The notes beneath the pieces are model-generated. The model had not been told where the DNA came from, did not search any database, and worked only from the letters and a program-made list of their open reading frames with translations. A DNA stretch of 62,748 nucleotides, filler included, from Diploschistes diacapsis (taxonomy: Eukaryota), in the NCBI GenBank assembly GCA_023645945.1. It is 7 parts of 7 records of this genome, joined end to end, with 100 filler letters (N's around TTAATTAATTAA, not from the genome) between each part and the next. Parts side by side here need not be neighbours in the genome. Positions count along the whole stretch, not along the records: positions 1 to 28,276 come from JALAIB010000150.1; 6 more parts are not named here. The stretch is one strand, 5' to 3'. Position numbers and translations under genes: made by a program. Of this stretch, positions 10,901-23,300 are shown piece by piece; position 1 is the first letter of the stretch, and each line of letters opens with the position of its first letter.

Positions 10901-13749
10901 GTTTCTGCGGTGCGCTAATCCGAACGCTCCTATTGCAGAGAACCTGATTGCCCCAACAGCGCCAAAGCCTATGCCAGCATATTTTCGTGATATCGAACAG
11001 GGAGTGTTCCTGGACATTGGTCTCACGGAGCTCGACTGAGAGGCGACGCAGAAGATCGAAGAGCAATGCACGACAGCAGGAATTAGGATCATTATGTATA
11101 CAGGCTGCGGGCTGCATGAAACCATGGGTACGGTTTAATACACATAGGACTTAAAACTCTGAAGGGCGCATTCTCAATGAATTGAAGAGATGCGTTATCT
11201 GGCTAGTCCTAGAGGGCAATGGAGAGACAAAGATGGTGCAGGAGTACATTCATACGGGAAATCTGATGCCAGGCTCCCCTATGTGAAGGACGACACTCAT
11301 AAAGCAAGGTATGTAATGGAATACTCGGTATACTGGGATACTGCCAGCTGAGATTCCACTCTCCATTGAATTTTATCCTGTGCCTTCCTCACCTACACCA
11401 CACGCCGATAGCATGGTGCTCAGTTTGTTTCCATTACTCCACTCAGTTTCCAATAGATCCTTGTAGCGATGGAAAACCCTTGGTTTCAACACGTCCTCAT
11501 GCATGTGCCCATCATAAGAGCACTAGTAGCTCCCCGTTTCTAGGAAACATTTCAATTGCCTGATACGGTAACTAGACCAAGGGGTTTCAGTTCTGTTCTG
11601 GCCTTTCCCGGAAACTCGGAAGCTTGGACCGACAGCTGGCAGAGGTTGTTGTGTGTGAACCGTTTGGGAACGACTCAAGGCATTTCCTGTTAGCTACTAC
11701 ATGCCACAGCGCAAAGCTGTGGCATGATTACTAGGTACCAAGGCGTTTGTTGCTTTGGCATGATTTGGGGTGGGGGGAGTTTGTGCGACTGCACCGGAAA
11801 GGAGGCGCAGCGTGCTGACGTTATCTCGAGATGCCCTTCCGATCATGCTGCAAAACAGCTACCGTTTGTTGCACATGTGATGGCAAGGCGTTACGCGGGT
11901 GAGGTCCTCCAACGCCGGGGCAGTTAATATCGTGCTTCGCTTCGCATGAAATGAATCTTTTGTTCACAGCTCTACTATTTCTTGCAGGTACACTAACCGC
12001 AGTTACTGAGAATGGGATTGACACATCTTCTCCGCTTAAAATGTCGATGGTACACGCCCACTCCGCAACAGCCATAGCAGGCAAACCATCTATAAGGCTC
12101 CACGCAAGCAAGCGCAGCGCGCAAGTGCAGCTCATACCAGCCTCCTCAACTCCTGGCACAGCGCGCGTCGACCGGGGAGATGGGGGCCGCTACACGGTCG
12201 GCCCCCACATCGGGCTTGGCTCTACGGAAACGGCGGCAAGAACACTGCGAAGGGGGAAATTGGTGGATCATTTCCCTTAGCCCGTCGCCCTTGGTTCGAA
12301 TATGTCTGGTGCTTCTCCCGTGCAGGTCGTTGTCGCCTCCCGCGCCCGAGTTCGCCCTACTTGCCTATCGAACCTCAGGATCGGAGCCCTCTCCCTCCAT
12401 CACGTATGCACTCATATCGCGCTCAAGCTCGAGAGGCATGGCTTTAAAGTCCTTTCAATGGCAGATACTTCGCACTGGCGAGGTTATCGCTCGAGTTGCT
12501 TCTGGTGCCAACGGTGGACAGGGGCTGCATGGGAGTCATGGAGCCGAGATCGTCGGCTTCGTAAGCAGTAGAGGTAGCGTATTCCTTTCCCCGCCAGTAC
12601 CGCATGGACTCATCGCCACGACACAGTCAGAGAGGTACGGGCTCGAAAACCCTAGCCAAATTAGGGACATATGCAGCCAGTAGCTGCCGGATTGAAGCGT
12701 ACTATCTCCGATCTACTTACTACTGGAGGCTCACTATTCTAACATTAGTGGGTGCATTCTATCGGATACGGAAAGGTACTGCAATAGGATTCGTATCCGA
12801 AGTTCGGTGGGTGCATCCTATCGAATAGGCAAACATCGGGCAAACGCTCCAGGAGCATCGAAGCGCGTCAGACAATGTGACTAGGGGTCGTCGCGTAGGG
12901 TCAGGCTGGACGTATTTAAAACTGCAACGAGCTCTGGCCTTTAGCAGGGGGAGGACGCTGCTCCATCAGAATCCAAATTGGATGGGTAGTCAGACGGCTT
13001 CCTTTCTTCGTGGCAGCTCCAGGCCACGGTACCTACTATAGAACACGATCGTAGTAACACGCATATGGGTTATCTACTATGCCTAGTACCCCGTTCACGC
13101 ATAAAATCCAACCACGGCTCGCACCTATAGCCAGCCCTATGGGGGCTGAGTCACTGCCCGCTAATCGGAAGCTCATTACTGGCATCATCTGATAGTTATT
13201 CTACAATGACTTACTGCAGAATAAGGTGACCCTTATGTGCTCTGGCCTCTCTAACCTCTCGGATGGGCACTCTTGATTTCCTACCTTCACCGTCCACCTC
13301 TTCTCCAGTCCGCTGTTTTTGGGAATCGAAGGCCTTTTTCTCGAGGGTCGGCCCTGACATGATGAGCCCTGCCTCTTTCCTTATTACGGTCTTTGCGGAT
13401 GGAATTGCGTTCTGCAGGACCAAGCTGAAGCCGCCTAACGCAGGTCAGCATGCGGCTTATGGCCTTTACGCATGAAAGACTAGCGGCACACTATGCATAC
13501 TACCCCAGTAGGTTTGTACAAAAGCGCAATGGTATGGGGCTGGAAGGCTTAGCCAATTGTACCGCCCGTATGAGGGAACGTTAGTAAACATGATAGAAGG
13601 TGCGGCTTTTCTAATTCCATTTCTTCGTTTTGCTTCTTTTGTTGCATTCTGAACATGCAGCGTGATATCTCTCTTGGCTCTATATCTTATCCTTACCAGT
13701 TGCTTGCCATGTCCGCTGCAAAGCCAATCTAGGGCTGCTCTAGGTCCTC

Positions 13750-14735
13750 TGGGGGCCAGCATGCACTCTGCCCAGTTTCGCCAACCGTTCCAGCGCTGTT
13801 TTCAATTTATATCAAGCACAGGGTTGTAGCAGCAGTACCTTGCAAGATACCTCCACGTGCTGGCCACCAGCGACGGCTCCTGGGCCTGGTGTGCCATATG
13901 CTGCCTGGGGATTTTGCTCTCACCGGTGTCCTCTGCCGTACTGGCTGGACGACGGCGTGTGCATCTGGGATGTCTGGCGCTGGAGCGTCGCAGGTGCCAC
14001 CATTCTCCCTTCCAGTTCCCGCTAACGGCAGGAGAAACCGCAGCGGGTTGCTGTCCCAGGTATGGTTGTTCAGTCACCTGCGAAGGTTATGGCTAAATCC
14101 TCGTGCTCGTGTTTCATGGAAGGAAAGTACCCAAACATCCACGGCCATCCGGGCAGGCTTCTGGGAACAACGTTAACGTCACTCCTGCGTGTACTCGAGC
14201 AACATGCCCATACCAACAATTTTTACCGACTCCCACCTTGATACAGGCAGCACCACAAGTTCTGCTACATTAACCGAAATTTCGTCTGCCCCACCGTTAA
14301 TCCAAACCAACTGGAAGGCCAGCGATCGGCCCAGTACTGCCATGGCCTCCACCATATCCAGCCCTACAACGTCTTTACCTACACCTAGTAACACAGCTTC
14401 GCCGAACGTTACCGGGTTGTTCGCAAATGCCAAAGTCGGCATTGCCGTGGCCCGTCGTGCTTTTCGCGATGCTTGTAGCCGCTAGACTTGCGTTCCTTGC
14501 AATTTCCTTGAATATGTCGCGAGACAAGGGCAGGCTTTTGCCACCAACAAGCGAGCTGGGTGCAGGGCATGCGAGACCTGAGCCAGATCCTATGCCGAGG
14601 AGCGAACTCCCTGGTTCTGGGGGTCCTCGAGCTCGATGTCCCGGGACAAGATTCGCAACCGAATCCCGCGGAGCTACCTGGCAGAGAGCTTCTCTCAGCG
14701 ACAATCCGCTGGCTTGCCAAGCGCACGTTGAATAG
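13750..14735 (+). pseudogene. Frameshifted gene for a Cys-rich ectodomain / Ser-Thr stalk / single-TM fungal surface protein
   Basis: Recognisable pieces lie in alternating frames: QAQGCSSSTLQDTSTCWPP...WGFCS / GVLCRTGWTTAC / FQFPLTAGETAAGCCP / APPLIQTNWKASD + S/T stalk + GLFANAKVGIAV / VVLFAMLVAARLAFL...SELPG. At least three frameshifts plus stops. Confidence 0.6.
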
Positions 14736-16729
14736 CGTTTGAGTAACACCATCGAGTCGCAGTACTATTTATTCATTCTTAGCACCATCACTTCCTCTAG
14801 GGACATTTTCACTCAGAGCAAGATTTGTTCTACCGATTTCAATAAACGAGACAATATTAGCTAGGGAAGGGTTCTGGTTCTTTTTAGAGCCCTCCCTCCC
14901 TAAACATGTTTGCCAAGCCTTGGGCACTAAGCGCATATTATGTGCCTTTATCAGTCCTGAAATAAAAGCCGAGAGCATACTGGGCATGCAAGCAACTGAG
15001 ACTTTTCTTTACAGCAGCTAAAGGATACTAGGACATTGTGTGAGAAACCCGTATTTCAGGCGGTGTCCTGGGATTGACAACGTTTTTACCAGTTCTCGTC
15101 ATCCTCTGGCTGTCAGAGCGAATGCATCGGTTCCTTGGATGTCCAATACGCTCCCGTTTCACTAAGCCATATTCCAAGGCTGGTAAAGACAACTACAAAT
15201 CTATCCATGCCCAGATTCTGCATTGCTATGCTATTGAGGTGGCCTGCCCACAATTGTCTGCGATGTTTCTTTTTCGTGCAAACGTTGCACAAGCTCACTG
15301 CCGCCATCTCTCGGATCTAGAGACCACGCCTCGTGTTGGGCAATTATGGAGTCTCAGATTCTTGTGAGGTTTTTTTTGCTGCTTGTTTGAAAGTTTAAGC
15401 AAGCAACAAAATCATCTTATGAAAAACGACGACCCCACAGTTGGCGGGAAAGTGTTGGAAGTGTCAGAACTGTGTATGAAAGCACCAGACCTTGTCTTTA
15501 TACCCGAGACTTGGCGAAGCCATCTGCTGACAGTATGCGCTTACTCCATACTGACTACATCCCGCCATCCTTGGCTTGAGGGGGTCTTAGTCTGGTTTCG
15601 ACTATTTCTCTCTGCATTCGGGCAGCCGAATAATCCTGCATGATGGTTGGTTTGGCGACTTGAAATCTCGAAAACCAAGGTGGAGAGAGCCAATTGCCCT
15701 TGAACGTATATGAAGAAGCTTTCAGCTACCTTCATGGAAGAGAAAATAGTAAGATTCAGTCTGAGAGCCTCCAGGCCGACACTGCGACTCCCTCTAGCTG
15801 CCAGAAATGACTTGCTTGACAGCTAATGGAGTGCCATATAACCGATGGGAAAATGCTGGACCCAGCTCTCGTCACATCGATAGGAGTTTGAGGCATGGGA
15901 AAGAGTGTTGTGTGTGGGCGGTGACAAATTGAAGATGGAACATGTCCACGCTACCTGTTGTAGGAGAGGCCTTGGGGAACAAATAGTCATTTGGACGTTG
16001 GAGAAGGAAGTAGGCTACTTCGTCACTCTGTCTGTCTATCCGTATAATAACTGATGTAACAGGCCCCAAGAAATGCGCCATGTATGCGTTGAACACATTC
16101 GAGGGTGTTCAATATTTCTCGAGTTTAAAATGGCAAGATACCAGGCGCCGCCGCCCGTGGTCTAGATTGGGATGAAGCCAACCTCAGGGGTCAATAGTTA
16201 TGCTCTTGGAGGAAAGAATAAAGTGATGAGGTTTTTCGGAGGAGAGGAGGATGTGGTAAAATGATATATATCTACTTCGTTGTGTGCGCGGAATTAAAAG
16301 CGGAAATAAGAGCTTGGCAGAGCGTAGCGTCATTTTAAGTTGAATGTCAATTTACTTACTAACCCTGTTTCTGTTTCCCAGCTTTCCCAACCACACTGCT
16401 TCACGTTTTCTTCGCCAGGCATCCTATCCTTATTCACCACTTAATCTATTCTGTGGCTTCCTGTTGCTCTCCCCAACCCCTACTCTTTTGCCGCATATTC
16501 CTTGTTGCTTCAGACATCGCCCTGTTCACCTCGCATACCTCTCTAATCACATTGTTCGCAAACTTCGTTTCCCACACTTGTGGAGCTTCTACAGAGCCGT
16601 CATCCAAGCCAAGTCCCAGCCTTGTATCACAGCAGCTTGTATTGGCCAAAAGCTGGATACAATAGAAACGCCCCTTAGTATCACGCATTGAGACATACTC
16701 TCAGTGTCGATATTCTAATTTTTGCCGCC

Positions 16730-19479
16730 ATGGGTAGCTATCTCTTTAGGTGGTAAGTCTCCATGATTGCTGGTCAGTAAAGGAGCTGCGATAGTTTGCT
16801 CGGTCGTATTTGGGCCCATTCTGCTCAGAACAACCATAATCCTATCGATTGCTGGCATAGAGTACTAAACGGGACTGATACAACATTACAGGACTCATCC
16901 CGCAAGCGAGGTCTACGTCACTGGAACCTTTGACGACTGGGGGAAATCCATTAAGCTCGATAAAGTTGGAGATGCTTTCGAGAAGAAAGTCAACTTACCG
17001 AATGCTTCGCAAATAGTGTACTACAAAGTAGGTCCTTGCTTTCTTTTAAGTTTGCGACGAAGCGCACTCAGGCCTGTGAGCTATGTCTTCCCCTGTCAAA
17101 ATAATGGGTTTGGTCATAGAAGCCATCGCACTCTCAAACTAGCGGAGCAGGGGATCCCAAGAGTCCCAAACTTGAAACCATAAGGCCCATTAGACAAAGT
17201 ATAACTTGCAGCACCACATTCCCTTTAGAACCATTTGCTAGTTCAGAAGACTTTCTGAAGGGCTGGCATGTCCAGTGTGGAACAGCATATGACAGCGACG
17301 GTTATGCTCATTCCGTTTCTATGTTTGGTTTAGTGTCTTGGGGCAACGGCTGATAGGGCTCTAGTTCGTTGTTGACGACAACTGGACGACGGATCACACC
17401 GCTCCAACAGAAACAGACAAGTCCAGTAACACGAACAACGTCCTTCTCCCCGAAGACATTGAAAAGAATTCTGCAGCATCTGAGGAGGAAGGCCGTTCCT
17501 CCGACAACCGGACGACTGATCACACCGCTCCAACAGAAACAGACAAGTCCAATAACACGAATAACGTCCTTCTCCCCGAAGACATTGAAAAGAATTCTGC
17601 AGCATCTGAGGAGGAAGGCGGTTCCTCGGATCTCCCAGGCGCGTTCCCTGAGACTCCAGCTGCTGAAGAATTCCGTGTGGCCCCTATCCCTGCCTCTGCT
17701 GGCTGGGGAAACCCTATTCGGACAAGGCCAGGCGAGCCAGTTCCTTCACCAAGTAATTTTACGAACAAGTCGGTCAACGACACTGCAACATACGACCAAG
17801 AATCGTATGAGAAGAGTGGGTCGGTAGCCCCACCTCAGCTTCCCAATCCAATAACACCGGATGAAGAGCGTGCAGCCAACGGTGGAATGTTCGGCTTGAC
17901 CGAGGACAAGGACAATATTATACCTGAATCAGGTTTGCCTATGGGCGCAGGCGCAGGCGTCGCCGCCGACGACGCAGCTGCCATCAATTCTGGTCCAACC
18001 ATCCAGTCAGCAGCCCCCGAGTCCACCACCGCTCAGCTTGCCGGCCAGGTTCCACTAGAGCCCAAAAGAGCACCTGAGATTGTCAAAGACAGTCAAGCCG
18101 AAGCATCAGCGGATCCGGAAGCCAGTGCAAATTCTGAAGCTCTACAGAACAAATCCGCCGTAGAGAACGAGCTTTCTAAGATAGTCCCCAAAGAGCCAGC
18201 CACGTCTGAAAGCACCGTTAGCGGCAAAGCCATGGGTATTGCGGCAGAGGCCGCAGTCGGCGCCGGAGCTGCGGCTACTGCGACCGCTGCCTACCTTTCC
18301 TCTGGCTCAGCTGCTCAAGATGCGAAATCGAAACTGCCCGTATCTGCCCACGAATACATAGACAAACTGACAACCAGCGATCCTAACGGATCTGCCAAAG
18401 ATGTTACGCCTATAGCTCCGACAGTCCCTGACACTGTGCAGAAGTCAATCGAAGAGGCATATCAAGCACCAGAAGCGGCCGCCAATAGCGAAGCAGTGCA
18501 GGAAAAGTCCCAAGTGGAAACTGAGCTGTTAAGAAAAGTGGGGAAAGAGGAGGCGACTGGTGAACCAGCTCCCATTGCAAGTGCCGCTATAGCCCCGACT
18601 GTTCCTGATACCGTCCAACAATCAATCATGGAAGCATACCAAGCACCAGAAGCGGCCGCCAACAGCAAGGCAGTACAGGAAAAGTCCCAAGTAGAGTCTG
18701 AGTTGTTAGAGAAAGTTGGAACAGAAGAGGCCACCGGTGAACCAGCTCCGATGGCCAGCCTCACTACAGCCACGACTGTTCCTGACACCGTCCAACAGTC
18801 CATCGCGGAAGCACACCAAGCTCCGGAGGCGGCCGCCAATAACAAGGCAGTGCAGGGGAAGTCCCAGGTAGAATCTGAGTTGTTGGAAAAAGTAGGGACA
18901 GAAGATGCAGCTGGTGAACCAGCTCCCACCGTAACCGCCGCTACAGCTACAACTGCACCCGCCCCCCTAAAATCCACCGAAGAGCCACTCTCTGAGACTA
19001 AGACCGTAGAACCTGCTGCTGAGAAAGACATGACCGCCGCTGCTACCGCAGGCTCTGCCTCAGCTGCTGCCCCGACCATGGCCGCTTCGACTGCTGCGCC
19101 AACAATCTCGACTACTCCACCGACAGGCTTGAATTTTGCCCCGACAAGTCCGACTCAGAGCGAAAGTCTGGCAGCGCCAGCTGCTGCGCCTGCCAAGACC
19201 GCCGTTACCGAAGAAAACTCGAAACTACGTATCGACTCCCGCGATGTCTCACCCATGAGCCGTCCCGTCAACGAACCCACTGTCACTTCCGGCGTTTCTA
19301 GCTCCACTACGCCCCAGAAGAGCACAGCTGCTACTGCATCCGCTTCGACCCCGACGCCAAGCAGCCCAAAGAGCTCCAGGACCAGCGATAGTAGTCCTGC
19401 CACTGACAGGAAGAGTAAAAGGAGGAGCTTCTTTGGTAAGCTCAAGGACAAGCTTGAACATAGGAAGGACAAGGCTTAG
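16730..19479 (+). CDS. Crp1/Mdg1-family protein with N-terminal AMPK1_CBM (CBM48-like) domain and repetitive acidic Ala/Pro/Thr-rich body
   Basis: ATG 16730 MGSYLFRW/THPASEVYVTGTFDDWGKSIKLDK...VYYK/FVVDDNWTTDHTAP..NNVLLPEDI (introns about 16753-16890 and 17028-17364). Then LPGAFPETP, APESTTAQLAGQVPLE and the C-terminal KRRSFFGKLKDKL typical of the family. Confidence 0.85.
17377..17628 (+). repeat. Near-identical in-frame tandem duplication, 2 x 126 bp (42 aa)
   Basis: Units start at 17377 (gacaactggacgacggatcacacc) and 17503 (gacaaccggacgactgatcacacc), with only a handful of substitutions. Confidence 0.95.
18412..18930 (+). repeat. Three tandem 177-bp (59-aa) coding repeats
   Basis: TVPDTVQxSIxEAxQAPEAAANxxAVQxKSQVExELLxKVGxExAxGEPAP starts at 18421, 18598 and 18775. 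A more diverged copy lies near 18070-18210. Confidence 0.95.
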
Positions 19480-20347
19480 TTGCCCTGCTATACATCGAAG
19501 ATTGTTGCTTCAGTGGCTCGCAGTCGCTACAATTTGGACTGCCTTGCTTGTTGTTCATATCTGCTGTTGGTCTGCGTTGAGATTCCCCCCGTCTGCGTCT
19601 TGGATTCGTGTGGGGGAGAGCTCTGAGTGTTGTCTGGTTTGCTGTGCCATCACGTTGGACTATTGGAGAGAATGCTTGGGCTGCCGGGGGCAACAAGGAA
19701 TCAAGATCGAAAAGAAAGCCGTTGCTGTCTTTGGGTGACGCTTGTGGAAAGGGTCGAAGGAGAGGGCTGATGGTTCCCTTCGTCCCCTTTCCCCACCATC
19801 TGTTCGGGGAACACTGCTCATTTTCATTCTCTACTTTACATGGAAAATTGAAACTTGGCCGGATTAAATAGGACACACCCTCGTGCAGCTGATGATACCA
19901 ATCGAGTCCATACTTTGATAATTTTGTCTTTGGTAGCTTTATCCTAATGCGAGAAATTGAAAAGTGGCTTGCATCGAGTTGGTCTTGCCTCTGAGTGAAA
20001 ATTGTTTGCAAGTAAATATAGCACGCTCTTCGTACTATACAAGCTCACAGAATGACGAGAGAAAGCATGATGATAGTCATCTTTTCATCGGGTTTGATTT
20101 TTTTGACGCCACCTGACGCTAAATTTGACATGGCCCCTTCCACTCATCAACCCCCCCTTTGCTTCCTTTGCGCTCGCACGTAGTGTCCATGACATCCGCA
20201 TCCTATATACTACAGCTTGCTAAACCGCAATGCATGGCGGGCAACAATCGCAGCACTGGCCTCCCTCCTCCCTGCCACCACCAACCCGGTTAGGCCCCAT
20301 TTCCACCGCGCGCCTCCTTCGCTGCTCCGTCCTCCCAAAGCAGATTC

Positions 20348-23300
20348 TCAAGCAGGCGGCGCAAAAACCCTCAATCCACTCGCCGGCGCTCCAATCTCGC
20401 ACACCTCGCACACACGACACACGGTGCCCTTGTGCTGCACGTGGTACTTACTGCCGTCGAAGGGACAGATGACCGTCGGGGTGCCGCTGTAGATGGGCGT
20501 GAAGGAGGCGGCGCACACGTCGAACTCCGCGAATGGGTCGTACTCGATGTCGATTTTGTCCTGCGGGGAGCGTTCGGAGGCAGCTTTCACTTTCTTGGCC
20601 TGTTTGGGTATATTTCATTAGCTCGGTTTTGTGAAAGGGTTCATGGGGTAGCAGGTTTGGACGAGAGGGTGCTTACTTGGTCGAGAAGCCTAGCGGAGCC
20701 ACCGTTGGCAATGACGCGGTTGGCAAAGCTTAAAGCGGAGGATGTGTTCTTGTGCTTCACGGCCTGCTTCATAGCTGCCATCAACGCCAGGTTCCTGTGC
20801 GCTACCTCGAGCTTTGGGATGGTAAAGTATGCGGCCAGCTCTAAATTTCGCTTAACGCTCTCTTCGCTGTCTTCCCCCGTGGCTCTCCGTTCGAGTTCGA
20901 TGGCCATGGCAATCGCGTACTCGGCCGCTGTAGTGATGATCTTCTTGGCTTCATTCACCTTGGACTGCGTGTTGACCGCGTTGACGAGCAGGCTGTGCAG
21001 GATGCACTTGAACGTTCTCAGCCCGTCCTCGAGCTTGTTATTTTTCATGGCGGTGTAGCCTTCTTGGAGGTCTACGGAGGCAATAGCTTCGAGATCGCGG
21101 GGGATGATGGGGAGGAGCTTTCGGGTGTCCGTTTCATCAACAGTGCGACGTATGTAGTTCACCAGCGGCGGTAGACCCTCTGTAGCCGGCAAGAATGTCC
21201 GCGAGGCTCGGTAGATTTCCATGAATCGGGGTTTCAGAGGCTCAAAGTTGACGGCGCCAACTTGGCGGTTAAGCAGCTGCATAGCCGTCTCGAAAGAACC
21301 ACCAGCCACGTGATCAGCCGCGATAGGCGAGTTTCGTGTCCAGGCAGCGGCCTCGCTACTGCCTGTTGCAGCCTCAACACCTTCAACATTGACGAAGTCC
21401 GACTCGACTTCGACGGCGATGTCATCGCCCATATCCCAGCCTTCTGCGGCATCATCGTCTTCTTCTGCACCGCCTAGACCGTTTCCAAAGGCTCTGCCCT
21501 CGGCTTCAGGGGCTTCTTCCTCGCCGAAACCTTCTGCTGCGGGAATGCCATCTTCGCCACCTTCGACTTCGCCGAGCAAGGCTTTCTGAAAGAAAGAGTA
21601 CGAAGCCGCTTTGACGGGCCAGTTGGCTTCGTTTGTGGGCACAATGACTTTCGGTACGTCTGATGGAGCTCCGATTTCTGGTAAAGTGACTTGATCTTCG
21701 GTTAGGCCGCTTGCGTCAAGAATAAGCTTGCATTCATCCTCGAGGCCATGCGCCTTTGCGGTTGCGTATGCAAGTGGATCTTACAAATGTCAGCTATGAA
21801 GCAGCGAGAACTCGAGAAGACTTACACATATCTATTTCTTTTAACATCTCGATTCTGCCCTTCACATCCCCTAGGTATAGAGAGTTCTGAAACCTCGACG
21901 TTGCATCGCCACGATGTTCTGAGATCTTGGCCATCCGGACAAGTTTGCCTTGATCGCCAGTGCACAGATAGAGGAAGGATAGCTTATCGAATTGTCGTTG
22001 CTTTTGGTACGTCATCTCAACCACTTGATGGTTACCATGAGCGAGAGCTTCGGTGCCAAGTCGTGTCCAAAGCTTTGGTCGATCTAGTTGCTTCGCCATT
22101 TCAACCGCAACGTCGAGGTTCCCGCATTCAATTGCCAGCTCGAATCGGGTCTGGGGATCCTGCACAAACTGTAGAGCTATTTCTGGATATCCTTTCTTCT
22201 GAAGGTAAGCAATCACATTTTGACCAACAAGGCTAGAATCCTTAATTATGGACAGCATCTCTTCGTAGTTCCTCTTAACTAATGCAAGCTTAAATCTGTA
22301 CTCAGTAGGGTCGATACTGAGGACTCTCGGCTTCGCATTTCGGTCAAGGCAATATACTGAGCGGCCTTTGATTCGCACAAGGTAGACGGTCTGATCCAAT
22401 GTTCGTACGATGCCGTTGTCACTAATCCAGTCAATACAAAAGCCGAGAACCTGGGGGCACTTGCTTACCCGTTCAGAAGAGTGTATTTGACATGGTTCAA
22501 TGTTGAGTAGAGGAGAACGCCAGCATCGTCCCACGCAGCACTCTTGATACGGATGGTCTCGTGAAGCGTGCTGACTTGCTCCAAGTTCTTGTTGACGATC
22601 GTAACGTTGTGCTTGCTTAACAACGCAGCATAGCTCATGTCACCAGACCAAATAACGTATTTTACGCCAGCAACCGCAAGCTCTGCAAGCCTCCTCTTTT
22701 GCTGGATATCGTATAATACAACAGCAGTCGGGGCGATGAGCATTAGGTTACCAGTTCCGCCAAAGAAGATGTCCGTTGTGCCGATAGGAGGGACAATCGA
22801 TTTGGTAGAATTATTGGACAGATCTTTGATCTCGATACTAGCACTGGCGTAGCTAAAAACTGCAAACCGATTGCGAGCCACAAAGACAGCCGAGGTTCCG
22901 TACCCTCGTTTCGTATCTATTGGTTCGACGGCGCCAGAGGCATCTCTTGGAAGATTGATCAGTTCATAAGAACCATTGTCTGAAGGAGACGTTACTAGAA
23001 CCGCCCGCTCAGCAGGATTGTAAGACAAGGTTCGAGGAGGAATCCAAGGGTTACCAAGCTTCTTCAGGGACAGTAAAGGCGGGGACTCGGCATTCTTCAC
23101 AAAATCATAAGATCGTACTTGCTTATCTTTCGTAATATAGAAAAGGGTATTCTGGTGAATTGCAGACGCCGGCCGTTCTCTTTCCAGTTTGAAAACCATA
23201 ACACCGTTATCGTGACCGGCCGCGAAGAGATTAATGTCCGGATGAGCAGCAATAACCCAGAAACGGTCATTCTCGCGCTTGAAAGATTGAACGGAGGTGC

